Positions 1 to 8,780 of a stretch of 64,000 nt of DNA are shown piece after piece. The stretch comes from Ruminococcus sp. (GTDB lineage: Bacteria > Bacillota > Clostridia > Lachnospirales > Lachnospiraceae). Both the position numbers and the translations under genes were made by a program. Numbering within the stretch: position 1 is the first letter of the stretch; each line of letters starts with the position of its first letter. The stretch covers positions 70-64,069 of the forward strand of contig JARIEI010000195.1 of NCBI GenBank assembly GCA_029256845.1, in the 5' to 3' direction. The notes under the pieces were generated by a model. It ran no database searches. It was not told the DNA's origin and was given only the letters and a program-made list of their open reading frames with translations.

Positions 1-1
1 T

Positions 2-679
2 TTATCAGATGAGTCGGATGCATCTTTGAAGAAGACAGTTGTTGTTGATGTTTCTATGGACAAGTACATTATGATTATTGATCCAAACGAAAAGGTCTCA
101 CTTCCGGAAAAATATCAAAGTACGACTATGACACTAAATGGCACGGAATTTTCTATATGGAATAATGTAGAAGATCAAGACTATTATTTGATTTATGCGT
201 TAAATATGGATGGAAAACCAGGTTACTACCAGTATGATGCCATCGAAAATACTTATCAGCGTTGTAATCAAGATTTAAGTGTAAAGAAGGAAAATAAAAA
301 TGCTGGGATTTTAGCCAAAGCAGCTCAATATACCTCCGAACACATTTTAGAAGTCATTTGTGTTGTTACTGCCTTGGTTGTAATTTTATTACTTATCATC
401 ATTATTTTGATTGTTAAACTTGTGAAAAAAGGTACGCCAGAGGAGTTTTATGCAGAAGAAGAGGAAGAACTAGAAAACGATAGAGACTCTGGGCATGCGC
501 AAATTGAAGAGGACGAGGAGTACGAAGATATTTACGAAGAAGATGAGGATTTATCTGATTACGAAATGGAGTTTGATGATTATTATGATGAAGAGGAATT
601 TGAAGAGGAAGAAGTAGAAGAGCATTCCGCTGACGAGAAAGCCGAAGATGAATTTCTCATTGATTTTATTGAATTATAA
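2..679 (+). CDS. C-terminal part of a membrane protein: extracytoplasmic domain, one TM helix and an extremely acidic Glu/Asp/Tyr-rich tail. The 5' end lies outside the window.
   Basis: The frame is open from base 2 (LSDESDAS precedes the TTG at 26), so the ORF probably continues upstream. Hydrophobic helix VICVVTALVVILLLIIIILIV. The last ~85 aa are dominated by E/D/Y. No family recognised. Confidence 0.5.
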   Translation, partial: LSDESDASLKKTVVVDVSMDKYIMIIDPNEKVSLPEKYQSTTMTLNGTEFSIWNNVEDQDYYLIYALNMDGKPGYYQYDAIENTYQRCNQDLSVKKENKNAGILAKAAQYTSEHILEVICVVTALVVILLLIIIILIVKLVKKGTPEEFYAEEEEELENDRDSGHAQIEEDEEYEDIYEEDEDLSDYEMEFDDYYDEEEFEEEEVEEHSADEKAEDEFLIDFIEL

Positions 680-692
680 TATGTTTCTTATG

Positions 693-725
693 AAGGGTAT
701 TGCCATCGGCAATATCCTTTATTCA
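693..725 (+). terminator. Probable intrinsic terminator after the acidic-tail protein
   Basis: 12-bp stem aagggtattgcc (693-704) / ggcaatatcctt (708-719) with one G-U pair and a 3-nt loop. The following T-tract is short. Confidence 0.5.
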
Positions 726-818
726 AAGTTGTATTCAAAAATTATTTACTAGATTTACACACTTCTTTCACAAAACATAGTTAAGATAAGGCTATAAAAA
801 AACAAGGAAGGGATTTTT

Positions 819-2114
819 ATGGAAAATCAATATAATTATTATGATTCGAATGAGTCGCAAACAAATAATTCAGACTACGATAACTGTGGTAATAGTTCAA
901 GACAAAAAAAACACAGAAAGATTCCAAAAGTTATAATTATCATAGGAATGGCGGTTATTTTTGGTATTGTTGCAAGTGGTACATTTCTTTTGTCCAATAT
1001 GGTTGGAAGCAAATTGCTTGGAATAAACAAGACATCTAATCTAAAAACAACAGAGCAAGGAGATAATACTTCCTTGTCAAAATCAGTAAAAGCAGTTACG
1101 TCTGATGTATCAAGTATTGTAGAAAATGTGATGCCATCTGTAGTATCCATTACAAATTTAAGTGTGCAACAAGTAAAAGACTTCTTTTTTGGTACGTATG
1201 AACAAGAAGCTGAAAGTGCTGGAACAGGAATTATTGTTTCACAAAATGATGATGAACTTTTGATTGTCACGAATAACCACGTTGTTACAGGAAGTGAAAA
1301 ATTGACAGTTACATTTGCGGATAATAAAAGTGTTTCTGCAAATATTAAAGGGACAGATGTACCACATGATATTGCAGTAATTGCAGTTCCTTTAGATGAA
1401 TTAGAACAAGATACAAAAGATGCAATTGCCGTTGCTACGTTAGGTGATTCTACCAAATTAAAAATCGGAGAGCCGGCAATAGCTATAGGAAACGCATTTG
1501 GTCATGGACAGTCAGTTACAACAGGCGTAATAAGTGCAAAAGAACGTGAAATTAGTACGCAGGACCCGGCAACAGGACAGACAGTAAAAAGTAGTGTAAA
1601 ATTACTGCAGACAAGTGCGGCGATCAACCATGGAAATAGTGGAGGTCCACTTGTAAATGCTGCAGGTCAAGTTATTGGGATTAACTCCTCAAAGTTGGAA
1701 GGTTCTTCTGTAGAAGGAGTTGGATATGCAATTCCGATTAGTGATGTTTCAGAATTGATCAAAGATCTTATGAACCAGCAAACAAAAACGAAATTATCAG
1801 AAGAAGAAAGAGGATACATTGGAATATCAGGTGTGAATGTAACCGATGAGTATGCAGATTTGTTTAATATGCCTTACGGTGTCTTTATCAAAGAAGTTCA
1901 GGATAAAAGTGGCGCAAAAGAGGCAGGTATGAAAGAAGGAGAAGTTATTGTTAAATTAAATGCGTCAACCATTGACAGCATGGCTACTCTTCAAGAAGAA
2001 TTAAAATATCATGCCGCTGGAGAAAAAGTAAAGGTTACAGTTAAGACACCAGAGAGTGCCGGAAAATACAAAGAAAAAACTTACGAAGTTACTCTTGGAA
2101 AGAAACCAGAATAA
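819..2114 (+). CDS. htrA: HtrA/DegP-family membrane-anchored serine protease (trypsin-like S1C domain plus C-terminal PDZ)
   Basis: N-terminal TM helix (VIIIIGMAVIFGIVASGTFLL). Catalytic-triad contexts TNNHVV, HDIAVI and GNSGGPLVN. PDZ-like C-terminus (GVFIKEVQDKSGAKEAGMKEGEVIVKLN). Confidence 0.9.
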   Translation: MENQYNYYDSNESQTNNSDYDNCGNSSRQKKHRKIPKVIIIIGMAVIFGIVASGTFLLSNMVGSKLLGINKTSNLKTTEQGDNTSLSKSVKAVTSDVSSIVENVMPSVVSITNLSVQQVKDFFFGTYEQEAESAGTGIIVSQNDDELLIVTNNHVVTGSEKLTVTFADNKSVSANIKGTDVPHDIAVIAVPLDELEQDTKDAIAVATLGDSTKLKIGEPAIAIGNAFGHGQSVTTGVISAKEREISTQDPATGQTVKSSVKLLQTSAAINHGNSGGPLVNAAGQVIGINSSKLEGSSVEGVGYAIPISDVSELIKDLMNQQTKTKLSEEERGYIGISGVNVTDEYADLFNMPYGVFIKEVQDKSGAKEAGMKEGEVIVKLNASTIDSMATLQEELKYHAAGEKVKVTVKTPESAGKYKEKTYEVTLGKKPE

Positions 2115-2125
2115 AGAGAAAAGGG

Positions 2126-2168
2126 AAAGCGATAACGGAGCTTAGCTTTGTTATCGCTTTACTTTTAC
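2126..2168 (+). terminator. Intrinsic terminator after htrA
   Basis: Stem aaagcgataac (2126-2136) / gttatcgcttt (2150-2160), followed by a T-rich stretch acttttacttt. Confidence 0.6.
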
Positions 2169-2231
2169 TTTAAAATTATATATAATCAATAAGCAGCATT
2201 TTATTATAGTAGGATAGAATCAGGAGATGCA

Positions 2232-3383
2232 ATGAAGAAAAAAAAAGAAAGAAAAATTAAAACAGCATATTTTGATTATGAATTATTGTTAATCATTATT
2301 TTTCTTAGCTGCTTTGGACTTGTTATGCTTTATAGCACAAGTTCATATAGTGGATATGTAAAGTATGATAATGATATGCACTATTTTACAAAACAGTTGA
2401 TTTTTACGGTGGGATCTTTAGGAATTATGTGGTTCGTATCTCGCATTGATTACCATGCATATGGAGTATTTTCGAATGAAATATTTTGGGCAGCTATGTG
2501 TTTGATGCTTTTGGTTCAAACTCCATTAGGATATGAAAGTATGGGTGCAAGAAGGTGGATTCAACTTCCAGGAAATTTAAGATTTCAACCATCAGAGATA
2601 ACAAAGATTGCAGTCATTATTTTAGTTTCGTGCGAATTATGTAGAATTGGGAAAAAAATCAATACAAAAGAAGGAGTTTTGAAAATTTTATTATACGGTG
2701 GTATTGCAGCACTGGGTGTTCGTGTGTTTACTGAAAATCTAAGCACTGCGATTATTGTATTTTTAATTCCATGTGTCCTTTTATTTGTGGCACATCCTAA
2801 AATGAAACCATTTCTAAAAATAATTGCTTTTTGTGTTATTGCTGGAATATTAGGAATGGCTCTTTTATCCTACACAGTAAAAACTAGTGATAACTTTCGA
2901 CTAAATCGAGTATTAACATGGCTTGACCCTGAAAATAAAAATGCAGTTGGCGGGTTTCAAGTTTTGCAAGGATTGTATGCTATAGGATCAGGTGGATTTT
3001 GGGGAAAGGGACTTGGAAACAGCTCGCAAAAATTGGGGGTGATTCCAGAAGTTCAAAATGATATGATTCTGTCTGTAATATGTGAGGAACTTGGCGTTTT
3101 TGGTGTGATTGTCATTTTGTTTTTATTTGGAGCTTTGATTTATCGAATTATGTTTATCGCACAAAATGCACCAGATATGTTTGGATCACTTTTAGCAGTA
3201 GGTGTGATGACCCATATTTCTGTGCAGGTGATTTTAAATATAGCAGTTGTGACAAACATGATGCCAACTACAGGAATCACACTTCCATTCTTTAGTTATG
3301 GAGGCACTTCTATCATTTTTCTTATGATAGAAATGGGGATTGTTTTAGGGGTTTCCAAGAAAATAAAATTTGAAGATAAATAA
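2232..3383 (+). CDS. SEDS-family peptidoglycan glycosyltransferase (FtsW/RodA/SpoVE family)
   Basis: Multi-TM protein with SEDS signatures (RWIQLPGNLRFQPSEITK, QVLQGLYAIGSGGFWGKGLG, PEVQNDMILSVICEELG, TGITLPFFSYGGTS). It is a paralog of the ORF at 12925. Confidence 0.88.
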   Translation: MKKKKERKIKTAYFDYELLLIIIFLSCFGLVMLYSTSSYSGYVKYDNDMHYFTKQLIFTVGSLGIMWFVSRIDYHAYGVFSNEIFWAAMCLMLLVQTPLGYESMGARRWIQLPGNLRFQPSEITKIAVIILVSCELCRIGKKINTKEGVLKILLYGGIAALGVRVFTENLSTAIIVFLIPCVLLFVAHPKMKPFLKIIAFCVIAGILGMALLSYTVKTSDNFRLNRVLTWLDPENKNAVGGFQVLQGLYAIGSGGFWGKGLGNSSQKLGVIPEVQNDMILSVICEELGVFGVIVILFLFGALIYRIMFIAQNAPDMFGSLLAVGVMTHISVQVILNIAVVTNMMPTTGITLPFFSYGGTSIIFLMIEMGIVLGVSKKIKFEDK

Positions 3384-3487
3384 GAAAAACTCTTTTCATC
3401 AAAAATAAAGTGTGATATATTATAATGTAGTATTGAATACTAGATATAATAGAAGCGAATATAGATGAAACCATGGGAGGAAATGGT

Positions 3488-4327
3488 ATGAGTTATAAAA
3501 TAATTATGGATAGTTGTGGCGAACTGACAGATGAAATGAAACAAAGCGGACACTACAAGCAAGCATGCCTTACGATGGAAGTTGGAGGGGTGCATATTAG
3601 AGATGATGAATCATTTAACCAGGCGGATTTTTTGAAACGTGTAGCGGCTTGTTCCGATAGTCCTAAATCATCTTGCCCATCTCCAGAAGAATATATGGAA
3701 AGCTATCGTTGTAGCGCACAACGAATTTACGCAGTAACGCTTTCTTCTGAATTAAGTGGATCTTACAATAGTGCTGAACTTGGAAGAAAGTTATATGAAG
3801 AAGAGTATGGACAAAAAGAAATCTATGTATTTAATTCTCGTTCTGCGTCTGTAGGAGAGACTTTAATAGGACTTAAGATTCAGGAGTGTGAGGATGCTGG
3901 AATGAGCTTTCAAGAAGTGATTGATGCAGTGGAATCCTATATTTCATCACAACATACGTATTTTGTTTTAGAAACATTGGATACATTGAAAAAAAATGGG
4001 CGCCTCTCAGGGGTAAAAGCATTAGTTGCCAGCGCACTTAATATTAAACCAGTTATGGGATCCAAACCAGAAGGCACTATATGCCAATTAGGTCAGGCAA
4101 GAGGTATGAAGAAAGCAATTACAAAATTAATCGAACACGCGTTAGAAGATGCTGAACATACAAAAGAAAAAGTGCTAGGGATTTCACACTGTAATTGTCC
4201 AGAACGAGCAAAAGAAGTTCAAAAGATCTTGATGGAGAAAGCAACTTTTAAAAGCAGTGTTATTGTCGATACTGCGGGAATTAGCACGATGTACGCAAAT
4301 GATGGCGGGATTATAGTTGTAATATAA
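3488..4327 (+). CDS. DegV-family fatty-acid-binding protein
   Basis: MSYKIIMDSCGELTDE N-terminus, KSSCPSPEEY and SSELSGSYNSA motifs typical of DegV. GGGAGG lies just upstream of the ATG at 3488, so the ORF-track start at 3473 is probably too long. Confidence 0.85.
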   Translation: MSYKIIMDSCGELTDEMKQSGHYKQACLTMEVGGVHIRDDESFNQADFLKRVAACSDSPKSSCPSPEEYMESYRCSAQRIYAVTLSSELSGSYNSAELGRKLYEEEYGQKEIYVFNSRSASVGETLIGLKIQECEDAGMSFQEVIDAVESYISSQHTYFVLETLDTLKKNGRLSGVKALVASALNIKPVMGSKPEGTICQLGQARGMKKAITKLIEHALEDAEHTKEKVLGISHCNCPERAKEVQKILMEKATFKSSVIVDTAGISTMYANDGGIIVVI

Positions 4328-4346
4328 AAGAAAAAGGAGTATAAAG

Positions 4347-4583
4347 ATGAGTCAAGAGAAAGTAAATCGATACAAACAAGAAAAAGCTAACAGAAAACAG
4401 ATTATGAAAAAACAAAAAATGAAAAACTATTTTTTAAATGCATCTGCGGCATTGGTTGCAATTGTGCTTGTAGGATGGATTGGATTTTCAGCTTTTCATG
4501 TATATCAAAATGGGCAAGAACGTACGGTGGTGGAAGCAAATTATGAGGCGGTTGATACTTACCTAAATGGACTTGCACAGTAA
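4347..4583 (+). CDS. Small basic single-TM membrane protein (hypothetical)
   Basis: AAGGAG RBS upstream. Lys/Arg-rich N-terminus, then one TM helix (ASAALVAIVLVGWIGFSAF). No family recognised. Confidence 0.5.
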   Translation: MSQEKVNRYKQEKANRKQIMKKQKMKNYFLNASAALVAIVLVGWIGFSAFHVYQNGQERTVVEANYEAVDTYLNGLAQ

Positions 4584-4632
4584 TCTTTCCATACGATCAT
4601 AGAGAATATTTAAATTGAGTACGATACAAAGT

Positions 4633-4667
4633 GAACTCTGGAGTTTTAAACTCCGGAGTTTTTTTGT
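4633..4667 (+). terminator. Intrinsic terminator upstream of the dcw cluster
   Basis: aactctggagtt / aactccggagtt inverted repeat with one mismatch, followed by a T7 run (4659-4665). Confidence 0.7.
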
Positions 4668-4706
4668 TATGATGTGAAATTATCCAATACAATCCTAAAA
4701 AAGGGG

Positions 4707-4735
4707 TTGAAAAAGGGGGATGAGTGGGGTACAAT
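4707..4735 (+). promoter_or_regulatory. Candidate sigma-A promoter of the mraZ/dcw operon (Pmra)
   Basis: TTGAAA (4707-4712), 17-nt spacer, TACAAT (4730-4735), about 70 nt upstream of mraZ. Confidence 0.55.
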
Positions 4736-4767
4736 GGAGTTACGTGGTAAAAAGTGGTGGAAAGTGG
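4724..4767 (+). promoter_or_regulatory. Phased GTGG direct repeats: candidate MraZ operator
   Basis: GTGG at 4724, ATGG at 4734, GTGG at 4744, 4754 and 4764. The spacing is exactly 10 bp, and the last two boxes sit in AAAGTGG. The array overlaps and follows the -10 element. Confidence 0.5.
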
Positions 4768-4806
4768 AGCAAAAGGGAGTAGGAAACTCCAGAGAAAGGA
4801 TTCCAG

Positions 4807-5244
4807 ATGTTACTTGGAGAGTTCAATCATACGATAGATGAAAAAGGACGATTAATCATACCGGCTAAATTACGAGACGATCTAGGAGAGAGTTTCGTTA
4901 TTTGTAATGGTATGGAAGGGTGTCTTTTTGTATACTCCATGGAAGAATGGAATAACTTTGTTGCTGAATTGGAAACACTGCCGCGTATGAACAAGGATGC
5001 CAGAATATTTAAACGTTATTTTTTCGGAAGTGCGTCAGAAGGAAGCTTTGATAAGCAAGGGAGAGTTTTGGTACCACCTGCGCTAAGAAAAGCGGCAAAT
5101 CTGGAGAAAGATGTTGTTCTTGTCGGGGTACAAGATCGAGTTGAAATCTGGGATAAAGCACTTTGGGAAGAGAGAAGTATGGTAAGCGAAGAAGATTTAG
5201 ATGCCATCGCAGAACGCATGGAGGCAATTGGGATTCGCATTTAA
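4807..5244 (+). CDS. mraZ: Transcriptional regulator MraZ
   Basis: [23 protein letters not shown] plus a second SpoVT-AbrB-like half ([13 protein letters not shown]). First gene of the dcw cluster. Confidence 0.95.
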   Translation: MLLGEFNHTIDEKGRLIIPAKLRDDLGESFVICNGMEGCLFVYSMEEWNNFVAELETLPRMNKDARIFKRYFFGSASEGSFDKQGRVLVPPALRKAANLEKDVVLVGVQDRVEIWDKALWEERSMVSEEDLDAIAERMEAIGIRI

Positions 5245-5270
5245 TACGCTTATGTAAAATGGAGGAATAT

Positions 5271-6206
5271 ATGGCATTTAAACACACAACAGTTTTATTA
5301 AATGAAACAGTAGAGGGGTTGAAAATTAATCCTGATGGAGTCTATGTGGATGCAACACTTGGTGGAGGTGGACATGCATATAAAGTTTGCAGTCAACTAA
5401 GTGAAAAAGGAAGTTTTATCGGTATAGATCAAGATGCAGCAGCCATTGAAGCTGCGAGTACTCGATTACAAGACTTTGGGGAGAAAGTAACAATTATTCG
5501 AAGTAATTATTGTGATATAAAGTCAAGACTTCACGAAATAGGTATTGAAAAAGTGGATGGGATTGTTCTAGATTTAGGAGTATCCTCCTATCAATTGGAT
5601 ACAGCTGAACGTGGGTTTTCCTATCGTAGTGATGCACCTCTTGATATGAGGATGGATCAAAGACAAAAAATGACAGCTAAAGATATTGTCAATGAATACA
5701 GTGAAGCAGATCTATACAGAGTTATTCGGGACTATGGGGAGGACCGATTTGCAAAAAATATTGCAAAACACATTGTGATTGAGAGAGCAAAACATCCAAT
5801 CGAGACAACAGGTCAGTTAAATGAAGTGATTAGTAGAGCAATACCAATGAAAATACAAAAGACTTCAGGGCATCCATCAAAGCGAACATTTCAAGCAATA
5901 CGTATTGAATTAAATCATGAATTAGATGTTTTAAAAGACACGTTGGATACAATGATTGAAATGTTAAATCCAGGGGGTAGGATATGCATTATTACATTTC
6001 ATTCTTTGGAAGATCGAATTGTAAAAAGCGCATTTCGTAAAAATGAAGATCCTTGTATTTGTCCAAATAATTTTCCTGTGTGTGTATGTGGTAGAATATC
6101 AAAAGGAAAAGTAATTACCAAAAAACCAATTCTTCCAAGTGAAGAAGAATTAGAAAACAATAGTCGCTCAAAAAGTGCGAAATTACGTATATTTGAACGT
6201 ATTTGA
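5271..6206 (+). CDS. rsmH: 16S rRNA (cytosine1402-N4)-methyltransferase RsmH (MraW)
   Basis: [33 protein letters not shown] and [10 protein letters not shown] motifs. GGAGG at 5261-5265 precedes the ATG at 5271. The ORF-track start at 5163 would overlap mraZ. Confidence 0.93.
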   Translation: MAFKHTTVLLNETVEGLKINPDGVYVDATLGGGGHAYKVCSQLSEKGSFIGIDQDAAAIEAASTRLQDFGEKVTIIRSNYCDIKSRLHEIGIEKVDGIVLDLGVSSYQLDTAERGFSYRSDAPLDMRMDQRQKMTAKDIVNEYSEADLYRVIRDYGEDRFAKNIAKHIVIERAKHPIETTGQLNEVISRAIPMKIQKTSGHPSKRTFQAIRIELNHELDVLKDTLDTMIEMLNPGGRICIITFHSLEDRIVKSAFRKNEDPCICPNNFPVCVCGRISKGKVITKKPILPSEEELENNSRSKSAKLRIFERI

Positions 6207-6305
6207 TGAGTGGACGGGGAAAGGGACCCGGTTAAAAAGAGTATAGAATATAAAGATCCATCAGGAGGGGAGACCTGATGGATCAAGTAAGAAAGGACAG
6301 TAAAA

Positions 6306-6842
6306 ATGGCCAAAGGCAACAAGGTTGTGAGATATAAAAACACACATAATGATTCCAGAGCAATGTATGTTTATGGAAATACAGTTCGTCAGCCAGAGCT
6401 ACTGCCAAAGAGAAAGAAGGTTGCACAACAACACAGGCGACCTGCTAAAATAAGCGCGCAAGTGCGTAAAAATCGCAATCGTGCAACTGCAATGAATAAA
6501 GCATACGTTTCGTTTTTAATTTTTGCAGCGGTATGTGTAGTGATTGCTTTTATGTTTTATTTAAAATTACAAGCAGACGTTATAAACGGAGCCGAAACAA
6601 TCACAGCAATGCAACGAGAGTTGGAGACGATTACGGAAAAAAATAATACAGATTATCATGAGGTCTATGAACAAGTTGATCTCCATGCAATCAAAACAAA
6701 AGCTATGACAGAACTGGGAATGGTATATGCGTCTGAAGGACATGTGGAAAAGTATGAATGTCCTGTCGGAAGTTTTATAAAACAATACAATGATATCCCA
6801 GAAGATGGAGTACTGGCACAGTCAAGACATACGGTAGACTAA
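6306..6842 (+). CDS. ftsL: FtsL-like cell-division membrane protein
   Basis: It occupies the ftsL slot between rsmH and the PBP genes. Basic N-terminus, single TM helix (YVSFLIFAAVCVVIAFMFY), then a coiled-coil-like segment. The assignment rests on position and architecture only. Confidence 0.6.
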   Translation: MAKGNKVVRYKNTHNDSRAMYVYGNTVRQPELLPKRKKVAQQHRRPAKISAQVRKNRNRATAMNKAYVSFLIFAAVCVVIAFMFYLKLQADVINGAETITAMQRELETITEKNNTDYHEVYEQVDLHAIKTKAMTELGMVYASEGHVEKYECPVGSFIKQYNDIPEDGVLAQSRHTVD

Positions 6843-6853
6843 GGTGTAGTAAT

Positions 6854-8713
6854 ATGAAAAAGAAAAAAATCAAAAATCAATTTCGTTTTTTAAAGAAAGA
6901 CTTTCCGAAAAAGATGCAGAAAAAGCTGGTAATGTTGTTCCTAACAATCATACTGGCTTTTGTTATTATAATCATACGAATTACGTATATTAACGTATTT
7001 AAAGGCGAAAAATATACGAGAATTGTCCTTAATCAGCAAGTTTATGGAAGTAGAGCAATCCCATATAAAAGGGGGGATATTGTGGACCGAAATGGAACAA
7101 AACTTGCTCTAAGTGAAAGGGTTTATAATGTTATTTTGGACGTTTTTGAGATGTGTAGCAAAGAAGAATATGTGGAACCAACGATTATGGCATTAAAAGA
7201 CATTTTTGAAATTGAGGAGGAAACAATCCGAGATGCCATTCGAGAAACTCCAAAGAGTCGATATACCATTTTAGCAAAAGGAGTGAATTACGAGAAAGCA
7301 AAGAAGTTAGAGGCACTTTTAAGTGATGAAAAAAAAGGAAAGAATGTAGTGGGCGTTTGGTTAGAAGAAGATTACAAGCGTGTTTATCCGTACAAAAGTC
7401 TTGCCAGCGATGCTATAGGTTTTACATATGGTGGGAACCAAGGCCAACAAGGAATTGAAAATTATTATAATGATGTATTAAATGGAACAGATGGAAGAGA
7501 ATATGGATATTTTAATTCGGCGTCGCTATCTGAACGAACCGTAAAAAAACCTAAAAATGGTTACACGGTTGTTTCAACAATTGATATTGCACTTCAAAGC
7601 ATCGTAGAAGAAAATATTAAGAAGTTTAATGAGGAGCACGCAGGGGAAAAAAGAAAAAATGAGCCTGGAAGTAAAAATACAGCTGTCATGATTATGAATC
7701 CACAAAATGGAGAAATTCTTGCACAAGCGTCCTATCCGAACTATGATCTGAATAAACCAGACGATCTGAGTTATAAATTTACAAAAGAACAACTAAGCGT
7801 AATGAAACCAGAAGAAATCTCAGAAGAATTAAATTTGTTGTGGAAGGATTTTAGCGTCAGTGGAGATTATGAACCAGGGTCTACGATGAAACCATTTACA
7901 ATTGCAGCTGGATTAGAAACAGGAAAGTTAACAGGCAACGAAACCTATTTTTGTGGAGGGGGGTTGCAAGTAGAAGACTTTTATATACGATGTCATTTGC
8001 GTGAAGGACACGGGATGCAAACAGTGGAACAAGCACTTGCAAATTCATGTAATGTTGCGTTAATGGAAATTGGCGCAAAAATAGGAGCGGATAATTTAAG
8101 CAGATACCAGCATATTTTCGGATTTGGAGAAAAAACAGGTATTGATCTTCCGAATGAAGTAGATACCAGTTCGCTTATTTACAAGGCAAATCAATTACAA
8201 GCGGTAGAACTTGCTACAAATTCATTTGGTCAAGGGATAAATGTTTCTATGATTCAAATGATTTCGGCGTATTGCTCTTTGATTAATGGTGGAAATTATT
8301 ACAAACCACATATTGTAAAAGAAATTCGTGATGAAAGTGGAAGAGTTGTGGAAGTGAAGTCGCCGACAATTTTAAAAAAGACTGTGTCAGAAGAGACATC
8401 GGCACAAGTAAAGAGTTATATGCGTTCCATGATTTTAAACACAAATGCAGGAAAAATGGGAGATGTAAAAGGATATGAATTAGGTGGAAAAACAGGGACG
8501 GCGGAGAAAATTCCGCGTGGAAATAATAAGTATGTTTTGTCATTTATTTGCTATGCTCCCCAAGAGAATCCAGAGATTGCAATGTATGTTGTTATCGACG
8601 AGCCAAATGTAGAATTTCAAGATGATAGTGCATATGTTATGAAACTAACACATAATATATTAGAACAGGCTCTTCCATATTTAAACATTACAAAAAGCGA
8701 AATAGAAGATTAG
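6854..8713 (+). CDS. Class B penicillin-binding protein (FtsI/PBP2B-like transpeptidase)
   Basis: N-terminal TM anchor and PBP dimerisation region. Canonical SxxK (GSTMKPF), SxN (NSCNVA) and KTG (GGKTGTAE) motifs. Confidence 0.9.
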   Translation: MKKKKIKNQFRFLKKDFPKKMQKKLVMLFLTIILAFVIIIIRITYINVFKGEKYTRIVLNQQVYGSRAIPYKRGDIVDRNGTKLALSERVYNVILDVFEMCSKEEYVEPTIMALKDIFEIEEETIRDAIRETPKSRYTILAKGVNYEKAKKLEALLSDEKKGKNVVGVWLEEDYKRVYPYKSLASDAIGFTYGGNQGQQGIENYYNDVLNGTDGREYGYFNSASLSERTVKKPKNGYTVVSTIDIALQSIVEENIKKFNEEHAGEKRKNEPGSKNTAVMIMNPQNGEILAQASYPNYDLNKPDDLSYKFTKEQLSVMKPEEISEELNLLWKDFSVSGDYEPGSTMKPFTIAAGLETGKLTGNETYFCGGGLQVEDFYIRCHLREGHGMQTVEQALANSCNVALMEIGAKIGADNLSRYQHIFGFGEKTGIDLPNEVDTSSLIYKANQLQAVELATNSFGQGINVSMIQMISAYCSLINGGNYYKPHIVKEIRDESGRVVEVKSPTILKKTVSEETSAQVKSYMRSMILNTNAGKMGDVKGYELGGKTGTAEKIPRGNNKYVLSFICYAPQENPEIAMYVVIDEPNVEFQDDSAYVMKLTHNILEQALPYLNITKSEIED

Positions 8714-8727
8714 AGGAAATCAGTCAT

Positions 8728-8778
8728 AACCTTACAAAAGTAAAAATATCTTATAAAGATAACTTTTGTAAGGTTTTT
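8728..8778 (+). terminator. Long perfect hairpin with a T-run between the two PBP genes (attenuator, partial terminator or processing element)
   Basis: 14-bp perfect stem aaccttacaaaagt (8728-8741) / acttttgtaaggtt (8762-8775), with extra pairing in the loop (tatctt/aagata). T5 at 8774-8778 ends 2 nt before the ATG at 8781. Confidence 0.5.
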
Positions 8779-8780
8779 AT

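Noticed and set aside
875-1456. 193-aa ORF antisense to htrA
   Set aside because: It lies entirely inside and opposite the well-supported HtrA coding frame. It has no RBS and no recognisable domain, and its composition mirrors the sense strand.
5163-5270. N-terminal extension of rsmH overlapping mraZ (ORF-track start at 5163)
   Set aside because: The extension is Arg/His-rich junk in the +1 frame of mraZ. A GGAGG RBS precedes the ATG at 5271, and the conserved RsmH N-terminus (FKHTTVLL) begins there.
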